From the NCBI GenBank assembly GCA_038231275.1, contig JBBRLQ010000015.1:1-64000 (forward strand): a DNA stretch of 64,000 bases. The letters are read 5' to 3'. The notes under the pieces were generated by a model, which was not told where the DNA came from, searched no databases, and worked only from the letters and a program-made list of their open reading frames with translations. The position numbers and the translations under genes were made by a program. This document shows, in pieces, positions 41,404-52,558 of this stretch. Position 1 is the first letter of the stretch. Each line of letters starts with the position of its first letter. Source of the stretch: Polyangiales bacterium. GTDB taxonomy: Bacteria; Myxococcota_A; Polyangia; Polyangiales; Polyangiaceae.

Positions 41404-41419
41404 CGCAAGGTGGACGCCG
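41404..41419 (-). promoter_or_regulatory. Possible sigma54 promoter CGGCGTCCACCTTGCG
   Basis: GG-N10-GC with TTGC; would place the TSS near 41393. Confidence 0.35.
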
Positions 41420-41546
41420 TACCTTTCCTTTCGCGAGGGGTCTCACCGTCGTCGCCTCGTTCGGGGATGCAACCGGCGTGGCCCGAAATCGATTCCCGTC
41501 CAGTGAGGGGTCTCATCGCGCAGCTGTGCGGACGCGTCGCGCGCGC

Positions 41547-42725
41547 TCAGATCATCTTGGAGGCCGCGGCCTCACGCGCCTCGAGCACGCACGCACGCTC
41601 GTGGTCGGACACGGGGCACGATGCGTCGACGATCCGCGCCGGCGCCTCGCCCGCGAGGATCATGGTCCGCACCGCCGCGCTGCCCGCGAGGAGATCGAGC
41701 GCCGGGATGTCGTCGACGAACTCGTAGCGCTCAGTCCGGAAGCGGAAGGCGTCGGGCGCCTGCCGATGCGCGAGCGCGAGGAGCGCGACGTACGTGGCGA
41801 CGGGGCGAAACGCGCGCGCGTCGGTGACGTGGAGCTGAACGCCTCCGCAGATCTGCCCCGCGTGCTTGTGGAACATGGGACGAAACGTCAACGGCCGCGC
41901 CACGACGCCCGGCACGTGCGACCGGAGCTCCGCGAGATCCCGCGCGAGGCGCACACCGTCGAGCCACGGCGCGCCGGTGATCTCGAAGGGCCGCGTGGTC
42001 CCTCGTCCGTCGGAGAGGTTCGTCCCTTCGAGGAGGCAGCCGCCGGGGTAGACGAGCGCGGTGTCGATCGTCGGCATGTTCGGCGACGGCATCACCATCG
42101 GGCGATCCCACGCGGTCGCCAGCGCACCTCTCTCGACGCCGCGCGCCGCGAGAACCTGCACGAGCGCGCCGTGCCCCTCGACCTCCGCGCGCCACGCCAC
42201 GATCTCGCCGAGCGTGAGCGCGTGACGAATCGGCACCGCCTCGAGCCCGACGAACGAGAGAAACCCCGGCTCCTGGACCCGCCCCTCGATCTCTTCCCCG
42301 CCGAGCGGGTTCGGCCGATCGAGGACGAGCACCTTCACGCCGAGCTTGGCGCACGCGCGCACCACGAGCACCGCGGTCCACACGAACGTGTAGTACCGAG
42401 CGCCGACGTCCTGAAGATCGATGACCAGGAGATCGATCCCGCGCAGATCGCCGTCCTTCGGGACGAGATCGTCGAAGTGTGCACCATACAAGCTTCGCAC
42501 CGGCGTGCCGCGCGCGTCTCTCGCGTCGTCCACGCCGATCATGTCCTGCGCCTCGCCGCCATAGCCGTGCTCGGGGCCGAAGATGATCACGGGGCGCGCG
42601 CCGAGACCTTCGAGCACGTCGCCGATGTGACGGAGGGAGCGATCGACGGAGGCTGGGTGCGCGAGGAGTGCGAGGCGCTTCCCGCGCACGTGGTCGGCGG
42701 TCAGCCGATCGATCCCGAGCTGCAT
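41547..42725 (-). CDS. DUF1343 / NamZ-family exo-beta-N-acetylmuramidase
   Basis: FGPEHG, DLQDVGARYYTF, DRPNP, PSPNMP and GRGTTRPFE motifs. Confidence 0.9.
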   Translation of the reverse strand: MQLGIDRLTADHVRGKRLALLAHPASVDRSLRHIGDVLEGLGARPVIIFGPEHGYGGEAQDMIGVDDARDARGTPVRSLYGAHFDDLVPKDGDLRGIDLLVIDLQDVGARYYTFVWTAVLVVRACAKLGVKVLVLDRPNPLGGEEIEGRVQEPGFLSFVGLEAVPIRHALTLGEIVAWRAEVEGHGALVQVLAARGVERGALATAWDRPMVMPSPNMPTIDTALVYPGGCLLEGTNLSDGRGTTRPFEITGAPWLDGVRLARDLAELRSHVPGVVARPLTFRPMFHKHAGQICGGVQLHVTDARAFRPVATYVALLALAHRQAPDAFRFRTERYEFVDDIPALDLLAGSAAVRTMILAGEAPARIVDASCPVSDHERACVLEAREAAASKMI

Positions 42726-42791
42726 CGGTCGGTTTTATCCGCGCGGCGACAGGACGCCAACGTTTCGGCGGCTCGGGCGTTCAAGAGGAGC

Positions 42792-43617
42792 ATGCTCGAC
42801 GTGCTGGTCTTCGTGCTCGCCCATCACGATCCGGCGATCCCCGCGACGATCGTAGCGGGGGCGTGGCTCGCGCCCTGGGGTGGTGTGTGCGTGCTCGCTC
42901 TCGTAGCGCTCGCGACGTGGGCACTCCTCGAGCGGCGCGGGCGAGCGGCGTGGCGCACCGAGACGGCCCACGTGGTCATGGCGACGGACGGGCCCTACCG
43001 GGCGTCGGCGCTGAACCTCCCGCGGACGCGCGCGCCAATCGGCATCCGACTCGCGACGCTACTGGCGCTCCTCGGCGCCTCGGCGACTCTGCCGTGGGTC
43101 GGCGTCGGCCTCGCCGAGGCGGTGGGGGCGCGGAACCCGCTCGTGCTCGCGGTAGCGCTGCTGCTCGCGGGGACCGGCGCGTGGATGGTGCGCGCGAGCG
43201 GGGGGGCGCTTTCGCATCGGAGCACGCGCGGAGCGAGCTTCGCGTGGATCTCTTCGGCCGCGGTCATCGCCGTAGCGCTCGGGGTCTGGTTTGGAGTGCT
43301 CGACGCATGCCTCGTCGAAGTGCATGGGCTCAAGGGCCTCCGCGCCGTGCTTCCCCTGGGGGACGTGCTGAGAAACGGTGGTGTCTTCTCGAGCTTTCGG
43401 CGGCCACGTCGCGCCCGTGTGGCGCGTGCTCCTCGTCGCCGCCATCGCCAGCGGCGTCGCTGCGCAGCTCGCGGCAGGAGCCGTGTGGATCGCGACGCGG
43501 CGACGTCAGCGGATTCCGTCGGCCGCACCGGCGCTCCTTGTGCGGCAGCCTCGTCAGCGCGGTTTCTCCGCGCGCACACGCCGCCCTCCATCAGCACACA
43601 TCCCGCCACCCTTCTGA
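42792..43617 (+). pseudogene. Multi-pass membrane protein with an apparent single-base frameshift near 43396
   Basis: GAGGAG RBS; TM-rich frame turns Arg-rich after 'SSF' while the next frame continues FGGHVAPVWRVLLVAAIASG (a TM segment). Confidence 0.55.
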
Positions 43618-43675
43618 GGGTGCGACGCGGTGCGGGCTTGTGTGGCGGCGGCCTCGCGCGGTACGCGCGTCGCTC

Positions 43676-44635
43676 ATGAAGGTCGCTCTTTCCGCTCTCG
43701 TCGTCGGGCTCTCGATCGCGTGTGCACCGGGCTGCAGCTCCGCGCCTGACGACAACGCCGACACGGCGGAGTCCGCGAGCACGACGGCCAAGATCAAGAC
43801 CGTCTTCGTCATCGTGATGGAGAACCACGATTGGGCCAGCATCAAGGGCAGCTCGTCGGCGCCGTACATCAACGGTCACCTCCTTCCGCAAGCCGCGTTC
43901 GCCCAGAACTACCAGGGCGCGCCGGGCATGCACCCGAGCCTGCCCAACTACGTCTGGCTCGAGGCCGGCGACAACCTCGGGATCACGGACGACAGCGATC
44001 CCAGCACCCACCACCAAGCCACGAAGGACCATCTGGTCTCGCAGATCGTTCGTTCCGGTCGCGACTGGCGCTCCTACCAAGAGTCGATCGACGGAACGGA
44101 ATGCCCGCTCACCGGCACTCCTTTCCTGAGCCGCTACGTTCCGCGCCACAACCCGGCGGTCTACTTCGACGACGTGACGGACGGAAACGATCCCAACTCC
44201 GCCAACTGCATCCGCCACGTGCGCCCCTTCGGCGAGCTCGCCAAGGATCTGCACGCCGGCAAGGTGGCCGCCTACAATTACATCACGCCGGACCTTTGCC
44301 ATGACATGCACGGGCAAGAGATCTCGTGCCTCTTCGGCGATCAGATCAAAGCGGGCGACACCTGGCTCTCCAAGACGATCCCGATGATCCAAGCCTCCGC
44401 GGCGTACCAAGCCGGCGGCGCGATTTTCATCACCTTCGACGAGAACGAAGGCGGGCAAAAGCCGATCGGAATGATCGTCGTGAGCCCGTTCGGCAAGGGC
44501 GGGGGCTACACCAACTCGATCGCGTACACGCACAGCTCGACGCTGCGAACGATCGAAGACATCTTCAAGCTGACTCCGTTGCGCGGCGCTGCCAGCTCCA
44601 ACAACCTGAAGGATCTCTTCCGCTCGTTCCCTTGA
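43676..44635 (+). CDS. Phosphoesterase (acid phosphatase/phospholipase C family) lipoprotein
   Basis: VIVMENH, HPSLPNY, RHNP, HDMH, TFDE and YTHSSTLRTIE motifs. Confidence 0.88.
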   Translation: MKVALSALVVGLSIACAPGCSSAPDDNADTAESASTTAKIKTVFVIVMENHDWASIKGSSSAPYINGHLLPQAAFAQNYQGAPGMHPSLPNYVWLEAGDNLGITDDSDPSTHHQATKDHLVSQIVRSGRDWRSYQESIDGTECPLTGTPFLSRYVPRHNPAVYFDDVTDGNDPNSANCIRHVRPFGELAKDLHAGKVAAYNYITPDLCHDMHGQEISCLFGDQIKAGDTWLSKTIPMIQASAAYQAGGAIFITFDENEGGQKPIGMIVVSPFGKGGGYTNSIAYTHSSTLRTIEDIFKLTPLRGAASSNNLKDLFRSFP

Positions 44636-44727
44636 TTTCGCCGGGCACCTTTTTTTCATCCGCGTGGGGGCCAAGCGCCGCAGGCCCTTTTTGTGCTGGG
44701 CGTCCAGGTATGCAATAGTTGCGGCCC

Positions 44728-46092
<1,365 letters not shown>

Positions 46093-46099
46093 CGCGGAA

Positions 46100-48385
46100 T
46101 CAGAACGCGCCCTCGAGGCCGATGCTCGGGACGATGACCGGAATGCTGCCCGCGGTATCGGGCTCACACCGGTCGTAGGCGAGGGCGGAGGTCGGGTTGG
46201 GCGAGCACGTCACGTTGAGCACTTCGTGGCTCCCGGTGACGTTGAGCCCCTCGGCGACGAACGCGACGTAGCCGCTCTTGGTGAGCCAGCGCTTCTCGAT
46301 GCGCGCGTCGACGCGGACGAACGCAGGCAAGCGCTCCGTGTTGTACGGCGGTACCGGAATGTCGCGGATGCGGTTCGAATAAGGGCGGCCGGTGTAGGTG
46401 ACGAAACGCCCGCCGACCCTCCAGTTCGCGCCGAGATCGTACGCGGCGACGACGTTCAGGACGTGCGTGCGATCGAACTCGCTGAGGACCGTCTGGAGCT
46501 GATCGGCCGAGCCGAGGGGGTGCGCTTCGCGCGTCGAGCGCGACAACGTGTACGCGAACCAGCCGGTGAGTCGCTTGGTGAGCGGGCGGCGGAGGAGTAG
46601 CTCGAGCCCGAACGTTCGGCCGCGGACGCGCTGATCGAGGCACTCGTTCGCGTTGTCGATGTGGTCGATGCCGCACGTCGCCGTCGCATCGGTCAGATTC
46701 AAATAGTCGTGGAGGAAGAGCGTCGGCGTGAACGTCAACTCGAGCGGCAGCGCGATCTCGGCGCCCTGACTCAGCTGCAGCGCGGTCTGCGTGCCCTTGT
46801 CGAGGCGCCCGAGCTGCAGACCCGGCACCGGAACGATGAACGCCGGCGGCTGATGGGTGACGCCGAACGCCGAGAGCCACGTGACGCGCGGCGCCACTTT
46901 GACCCTTGTCGCGAGGCGTGGATCGAACGTCGGCACGGCGGCCGACGTCCCCGCCAGCTCGGACTTCGAGCCGAAATAGTCGACGCGCGCGCCGGGGACG
47001 ATCTCGACGGACGGCGACGCCTTCAGGACGAAGTCGCCGCGGATGCCCATCGCGAGATCCTTGCGTCCTGGATAGTTCACCACCTCACCGCCGTTCGAGA
47101 TGAGCGTGAAGCTGTCCAAGAGGACGTCCGCCCCGGCGCGGAGTCGCACGTGCTCTGCGAGGCGAACGTCGATCTCGTTGCGCACGCCCGTCAGGTAGTC
47201 GCGCACGGCGAAGTCTTTTCCGTTGCTCGTCTGATCGAAGCCCACGGTGACCGCCGTGCGAATGTGCCCGCTCGTTCCTAGCGCGTGATCCCACCGCACA
47301 TCGACGCGATGAAATTGAGTGGACGTGACGTCCTTGAGGCTGCCGTCCGCGGCGCGGGAACCCGCGGCGTCGAAGCTGCCGAACGTGAAGAGGCCGAGCG
47401 TGTCTTTGTCGTTCAGCTGCCACGACGCGCGCGCCTGGTAGTCGCCGTACTGGAGGAACACTCTCGGCGCGAGGAGCGTGAGGAGGAGGCCCGGATAGCC
47501 ATAGCGGCCCGCGACGGCGGCGTGCCCTCTGCCGCCGCCGAAGGGTGCTTCGACGAGCGCGCCGGCGTGGATGAGACTCGCGTCCCATTCGCCGTGGAAG
47601 GTGTCGGCGGGCGGCTTGGTGTGCCCGTCGATGATGCCGCCGGCGAAGCGGCCGTACCTCGCAGGGAACGCGCCCGGATAGAAGTCGACGTGATCGATGA
47701 GCCCCGGGTGGACCACCGAGCGGAGCACGCCGAAGTGGAACAGGAGCGGCACGCGAATGCCGTCGATCATGTAGCCCGTGTTGCCGGGCGGCGCGCCGCG
47801 GATGAAGTAGTAGGGGAGGCCGCTCACGATGGGCGTCACGCCGGGGAGCGCGTCGATCGCGCGGAAGGCGTCGCCGAACGCGCCGGGCATCTGACGGACC
47901 TCCGCGCTCCCGAGCTGCGTGCCGCCGACGTCCGGCCGCTGGCCCGCGACGCGAACCTCTTCGACCGCGTCCGCGGCGGCCGGCTTCGCGGTCGTCGTCG
48001 GCGCGGGCGGACTCGTCTCCGGCGCGGGCGTCCGTGGCGGCTCGTGAAACTCGACGAGCATGCGAATGCGCGCCTGCACGGCGATGTCGCCGCGACGCGC
48101 GGGCTCGAATCGAAACGAGGGCGCGCGCGCGAGGACGCTCGACGCGAACGGCTCGCGACCCTCGACGATGACAGCCCGCGCGACGTGCCCGTCCTTGTCG
48201 ACGAGCAACTCGACGACGACGCTCGCGTCACCGGCGGCGCCTTCCGGGTACGGCACGCGCCCCGTGTCGATCGCCACCGGAGGCACGAGCGCGGGAGGCG
48301 GCGAAGGGCTCGGCTCCGCGGCCGACGCGGGCACGGCAGCCAAGACACACGCTGCGAGAACGGCAGCCCATCTCGCGCGCGGCAT
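46100..48385 (-). CDS. TonB-dependent receptor with N-terminal TonB-C-like domain
   Basis: Signal peptide, TonB-like FEPARRG domain, plug PGAFGD...YPGAFPARYGR, terminal Phe. Confidence 0.88.
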   Translation of the reverse strand: MPRARWAAVLAACVLAAVPASAAEPSPSPPPALVPPVAIDTGRVPYPEGAAGDASVVVELLVDKDGHVARAVIVEGREPFASSVLARAPSFRFEPARRGDIAVQARIRMLVEFHEPPRTPAPETSPPAPTTTAKPAAADAVEEVRVAGQRPDVGGTQLGSAEVRQMPGAFGDAFRAIDALPGVTPIVSGLPYYFIRGAPPGNTGYMIDGIRVPLLFHFGVLRSVVHPGLIDHVDFYPGAFPARYGRFAGGIIDGHTKPPADTFHGEWDASLIHAGALVEAPFGGGRGHAAVAGRYGYPGLLLTLLAPRVFLQYGDYQARASWQLNDKDTLGLFTFGSFDAAGSRAADGSLKDVTSTQFHRVDVRWDHALGTSGHIRTAVTVGFDQTSNGKDFAVRDYLTGVRNEIDVRLAEHVRLRAGADVLLDSFTLISNGGEVVNYPGRKDLAMGIRGDFVLKASPSVEIVPGARVDYFGSKSELAGTSAAVPTFDPRLATRVKVAPRVTWLSAFGVTHQPPAFIVPVPGLQLGRLDKGTQTALQLSQGAEIALPLELTFTPTLFLHDYLNLTDATATCGIDHIDNANECLDQRVRGRTFGLELLLRRPLTKRLTGWFAYTLSRSTREAHPLGSADQLQTVLSEFDRTHVLNVVAAYDLGANWRVGGRFVTYTGRPYSNRIRDIPVPPYNTERLPAFVRVDARIEKRWLTKSGYVAFVAEGLNVTGSHEVLNVTCSPNPTSALAYDRCEPDTAGSIPVIVPSIGLEGAF

Positions 48386-48405
48386 CCGACGAGTCGTACA
48401 CCGGG

Positions 48406-48873
48406 CTAGAGCGTACGGGTCATGAAGATGCTGAACGTGTCCTCGACGTACCCGTCGAACGGTCCACACCGCGCGAAACCCGCGCTCTCGTAGAGCCGGA
48501 GCGCCGGCGCGAAGGCCGCGGCCGAGCCGGTCTCGAGCCACAGGCTCTTCATTCCGCGCGCGCGCGCCTCGCCGATCAGGTGGTCGAGCATCGCGCGACC
48601 GTAGCCGTGGCCGAGGAAGGCATCGGCGACACGCATCGACTTCAGCTCTCCACGGTCGGCGTCGAGCTGCTTGAGGGCGCCGCAGCAGACGACCTCCTCG
48701 CCGAGCCACGCCGACCAGAACGTCACGCCGGGCTGCCGGAGCGCGTCGACGTCGAACGCATGAACGCTCGATGGGGGCGAGGTCGCGTGCATGCCTTCGA
48801 GGTGACGCGCGACGAGCGAACGGACCTTGTCGCTTGAAAGATCGTCGATTCGAAATCTCACGCTCGCGCCCAT
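48406..48873 (-). CDS. GNAT N-acetyltransferase (YedL-like)
   Basis: SPPSSVHA, GELKSMR, LETGS and LYESAGF motifs. Confidence 0.88.
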   Translation of the reverse strand: MGASVRFRIDDLSSDKVRSLVARHLEGMHATSPPSSVHAFDVDALRQPGVTFWSAWLGEEVVCCGALKQLDADRGELKSMRVADAFLGHGYGRAMLDHLIGEARARGMKSLWLETGSAAAFAPALRLYESAGFARCGPFDGYVEDTFSIFMTRTL

Positions 48874-48989
48874 TCCGCCGCTCAAGGTACCCGGGACGCG
48901 CCGCCGGGCGACCACCATGGCGGCTCGCTCGCCCTCCTTCCGGTCGCGGGTTCTCTGACTTCCCGCGTTTTTCGTGGTAAATCCGCGTC

Positions 48990-49526
48990 ATGCGGACTTG
49001 GATTTCGCTCGGGGGGATTCTGATTTTGCCGCTCCTGGTCGCCTGCGGGCCGCGGAAGCCGGCGGAGGATGGGGCGAGCACGCCGAAGACCGACGGGCCG
49101 AAGGACGACGGCACCGGCGCGGTGAAGTGGGAGGGGGCGTCCGACGACGACAAGCAGACGAGGCAACCTGGCCCGCCCGCCGGCACGCCGCCGACGTCCG
49201 CGCCCGTCGGCCAGCACCGGACGGACACGTACGACAAAGAGCAGACCGAGATCGTGCTGAGGCGCGCCGCGCGGCAGGTAAAAGAGAACTGCGGCGAGGC
49301 GAAGGACGAGAATGGCAAGGCGTCGGGGCCGTGGGGCAAGACGAGCATCTCGGTGAACCTCGGACACAACGGCCGCTCGAAGGGGGCCACGATCCAAGCG
49401 CCGTACGACACCAAGCCCACCGGGCGCTGCGCGGTGCAGGCGTTCAGCGCGCTGACGTTCCCGCCTTGGGGCGGTGCCGACACGACGGTGGACTGGGAAA
49501 TCGAGATCGTGCAGACGGGCAAGTAG
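48990..49526 (+). CDS. Lipoprotein with TonB-C/AgmX-like C-terminal domain
   Basis: Lipobox LVAC; two Cys, GRCAVQAF...FPPWGG. Confidence 0.65.
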   Translation: MRTWISLGGILILPLLVACGPRKPAEDGASTPKTDGPKDDGTGAVKWEGASDDDKQTRQPGPPAGTPPTSAPVGQHRTDTYDKEQTEIVLRRAARQVKENCGEAKDENGKASGPWGKTSISVNLGHNGRSKGATIQAPYDTKPTGRCAVQAFSALTFPPWGGADTTVDWEIEIVQTGK

Positions 49527-49527
49527 C

Positions 49528-50955
49528 GTGGGCTACGACTACGACTTGCTCGTCATCGGCGCAGGACCGGCCGGCGAAAAAGGGGCGGTACAAGCCGCTT
49601 ACTTCGGCAAGAGGGTCGCGATCGTCGAGCGCGCCGAGCAACCGGGCGGCGCCGCCGTGCACACGGGCACGTTGCCGAGCAAGACGCTGCGCGAGACGGC
49701 GCTGTTTCTCTCGGGCTACCGCAACCGCGAGCTCTATGGGCTCACGCTCGATATGAACGCCGAGCTGGCCGTCCCCAAGCTCCTCTCGCGCAAGGACGCG
49801 GTCCGCGACCTCGAGGTCGCGCGCATGAAGTGGAACCTCGAGCGCCACAACGTCGACCAGCTCCGCGGCGTCGCGCGCTTCGTCGACGCGCACACCGTGG
49901 AGCTCACCGGCGGAGGCGGAGGCGGCGCGCGGAGGATCACGGCGGAGGTCTTCCTCATCGCGACGGGCTCCGTGCCGTTCCAGCCCTCGAACATCCCCTT
50001 CGAAGACGAGGACATCGACGACTCCGACACGATTCTGCTCCTCGATCGCCTGCCCAAGACGATGATCATCATCGGCGGCGGCGTCATCGGCTGCGAGTAC
50101 GCGTCGATGTTCGCCGCGATGCACGTGAAGGTGACGCTGCTCGAAGGCCGAACGCGCCTCCTCCCGTTCCTCGACCTGGAGATGGGCGAGCGCCTCCGAA
50201 GCGCGCTCGCGACGCTCGGCGTCGACGTCCGTCTCGGCGAGCAGATCAAGACGGTCGCGCGCGTCCCCGAGCGCGGCATCGTGTGCACGCTGGCGAGCGG
50301 CGGCGAGCTCGCGTGCGAGAAGCTCCTGTGCGCGTCGGGCCGCAGCGGTCGCACCGAGGAGCTGAACCTCGAGGGCGTCGGCGTCGTCCGCGACAAGCGC
50401 GGCTACGTCACCGTCGACGGCGACTACCGCACGGCCGTCGCCAACGTGTACGCGGCGGGCGACGTGATCGGATTCCCCGCGCTGGCATCGACGTCGATGG
50501 AGCAGGCGCGCGTCGCTGTGTGCCACGCGTTCGGCTTCACCTACAAGCGCGTCGTCAGCCACCTCATCCCCTACGGCGTCTACACGATCCCCGAGGTGAG
50601 CTGCGTCGGCCTCTCCGAAGAAGAGGCGCGCGAGAAGAAGATCGACTACGTCGTCGGCCGCGCGTTCTACCGCGACAACGCGCGCGGCAAGATCGTGGGC
50701 GACAAGGACGGCGCGATCAAGCTCGTCTTCGAGCGCGCCACGCGCAAGCTGATCGGGTGCCACTGCATCGGCGATCGCGCGTCGGAGCTGGTGCACATCG
50801 GCCAGAGCGTCATTACGCTCGGCGGCACGGTGGAGACGTTCATCGAGATGGTCTTCAACTACCCGACCCTCTCGGAGGCCTTCAAGTACGCCGCCTACGA
50901 CGCGCTCGCGCACTTCGACAAGCCAGGCTCGATCGCGCCGCAGACGCAGGCCTAG
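49528..50955 (+). CDS. sthA: Soluble (Si-specific) pyridine nucleotide transhydrogenase
   Basis: IGAGPAG, HTGTLPSKTLRE, GDVIGFPALASTSMEQAR and FNYPTL motifs. Confidence 0.92.
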   Translation: MGYDYDLLVIGAGPAGEKGAVQAAYFGKRVAIVERAEQPGGAAVHTGTLPSKTLRETALFLSGYRNRELYGLTLDMNAELAVPKLLSRKDAVRDLEVARMKWNLERHNVDQLRGVARFVDAHTVELTGGGGGGARRITAEVFLIATGSVPFQPSNIPFEDEDIDDSDTILLLDRLPKTMIIIGGGVIGCEYASMFAAMHVKVTLLEGRTRLLPFLDLEMGERLRSALATLGVDVRLGEQIKTVARVPERGIVCTLASGGELACEKLLCASGRSGRTEELNLEGVGVVRDKRGYVTVDGDYRTAVANVYAAGDVIGFPALASTSMEQARVAVCHAFGFTYKRVVSHLIPYGVYTIPEVSCVGLSEEEAREKKIDYVVGRAFYRDNARGKIVGDKDGAIKLVFERATRKLIGCHCIGDRASELVHIGQSVITLGGTVETFIEMVFNYPTLSEAFKYAAYDALAHFDKPGSIAPQTQA

Positions 50956-50978
50956 GAGCACGGTCGACTGCCCGCGCC

Positions 50979-51015
50979 TTGACTATACGTACGGCTATCC
51001 TAGCCTGTACGTACG
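50979..51015 (+). promoter_or_regulatory. Toxin-antitoxin promoter/operator: TTGACT-N16-TAGCCT with two TACGTACG boxes
   Basis: Boxes at 50986-50993 and 51008-51015 inside an AT-rich inverted repeat. Confidence 0.65.
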
Positions 51016-51243
51016 ATGATCAAGAACCTCACGCGCACGGGAAACAGCGTCGCGCTGGTGCTCGACAAGCAACTCCTCGAAGCGGCGCACCTCGATCCCG
51101 ACGAAGAGGTCGAGGTGTCCACGAACGGACGCGTCATCGTGATCTCGCCGGTTCGAAGCAAGCGCGAGACGGACAAATTCAGGCAAGGCGAGGAACGCAT
51201 GCACGCCAAGTTCGCTGGCGCCTTCGGCCGCCTGGCGAAGTGA
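51016..51243 (+). CDS. AbrB/MazE/SpoVT-family antitoxin
   Basis: LTRTGNSVALVLDK motif; GTGA overlap with the toxin gene. Confidence 0.9.
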   Translation: MIKNLTRTGNSVALVLDKQLLEAAHLDPDEEVEVSTNGRVIVISPVRSKRETDKFRQGEERMHAKFAGAFGRLAK

Positions 51244-51632
51244 AGATCCGCTTCCTGGGGCTGGAGGAGATTCTCGCGCTACACGCGGACCAAGTCGCAC
51301 GCTACGGTGGGACCGCGGGCGTGCGTGATCTCGGCCTTCTCGAGTCCGCGACGGCGATGCCCGCGGCCTCGTTCGGTGCGAAGTACCTGCATGGCACCCT
51401 GCCGGAGATGGCCGCCGCGTACCTGTTCCACGTGGCGCAGAACCACGCCTTCTTGGACGGCAACAAGCGCGTCGCCGCGGCCGCGATGTTCATGTTTCTC
51501 TTCCTCAACGACCTCGAGCTGGACTGCAGCGAGGACGAGCTCGTGGACCTGACGCTAGGCGTCGCCAGCGGCAAGGTCACGAAAGCCGACGCCGCCGTCT
51601 TCGTCGCCGCCCACCTTCGACCGACGAAGTAA
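51240..51632 (+). CDS. doc: Death-on-curing (Doc/Fic) toxin
   Basis: GVRDLGLLESA and HAFLDGNKR motifs. Confidence 0.92.
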   Translation: MKIRFLGLEEILALHADQVARYGGTAGVRDLGLLESATAMPAASFGAKYLHGTLPEMAAAYLFHVAQNHAFLDGNKRVAAAAMFMFLFLNDLELDCSEDELVDLTLGVASGKVTKADAAVFVAAHLRPTK

Positions 51633-51936
51633 GAGACCGACCACGGGAACGTAGACCCGTGACGATCAGCGCGGCGACCATGCCGTCATGAACGGCGGCT
51701 TCTTCTCGGCGGCGCTCATGTCCTCCGCCGCGTAGTAGCCGGCGATCATCTGCGGATGGGACGCAACTCGTCGGCAATCGCGTTCGGTGCCGCAAGGACG
51801 GCCTGCGGTCTGCCGAGGTTTTCTCTACCTGGAGTGCCAGGACGACGCCGGAGGCGGCAATCACGACTGTCGCCCATACGCAGGCGACTTCCCTGCCTGT
51901 TGCCCCCCCTTAGCCGCGCCGCCCTGCGAAGTGCGC

Positions 51937-52557
51937 CTACTCCACGCTCCGGGCGAACACGAGCTGGGCGCCGTAATAGAGCGGGACCGCCAGTACCTTC
52001 CACGAGAACCGCGGTGTCGTGAAGCGGTGAAGGGCGACGAAGACGTCGGACGCGAGGAAGAGCGCGCCGGCGAGGGCGATGGCTCGGGAGCCGCTCACGA
52101 ACGCGGCGCACGCCATCGACGAGACGGCGAAGGCATAGAGTGCGACCGCGACGCGCAGGCGGGACGGAGCGCGGCGCACGAGCGGGGCGGCGAGGGCGAA
52201 GCAGAGGCCGAGCCCGATCATCACGCGGAGCATGGCGTCGGGGGTCGGGACCGCGCGCGACACGAACGCGGAGATGAATGCGACGTGCGCGCAGAGGAAG
52301 GCCATCATCCCGATGCGGAAGGGCCAGCCGGTCCCCGTTCGTACCAGCGCGACGTCGCCCGCCGCCGAAAAGAGGAGCGCGACCAGGACCAAGCTCCCGT
52401 ACGTGGTGCGGAGCGCCCCGCAGGCGAGCGCCACGCCGACGAACCCGGCCGCCGCGAGCGGCTTGCAGAGCCACTTGCCATCCTGCGATCCGCGGCGCTC
52501 GGCCACGAGAACGCCCACGCCTGCGAGGAGCGTCAGGAGGGCGAAGGCGACCCGCAT
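51937..52557 (-). CDS. YhhN/lysoplasmalogenase family membrane protein
   Basis: KP, SAAGDVAL, FLCAH, FLASD and YYGAQ motifs. Confidence 0.85.
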   Translation of the reverse strand: MRVAFALLTLLAGVGVLVAERRGSQDGKWLCKPLAAAGFVGVALACGALRTTYGSLVLVALLFSAAGDVALVRTGTGWPFRIGMMAFLCAHVAFISAFVSRAVPTPDAMLRVMIGLGLCFALAAPLVRRAPSRLRVAVALYAFAVSSMACAAFVSGSRAIALAGALFLASDVFVALHRFTTPRFSWKVLAVPLYYGAQLVFARSVE

Positions 52558-52558
52558 C

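Noticed and set aside
41468..41483. Second sigma54-like motif (GGCCACGCCGGTTGCA, minus strand)
   Set aside because: It has GC instead of the invariant GG at -24.
49528..50955. Dihydrolipoamide dehydrogenase (E3) partner for the orphan E2
   Set aside because: It lacks the redox CxxxxC motif; its motifs match SthA.
51633..51936. Possible remnant of a Cys-rich gene (ECQDDAGGGNHDC...CCPP)
   Set aside because: No consistent start or frame; too short to support.
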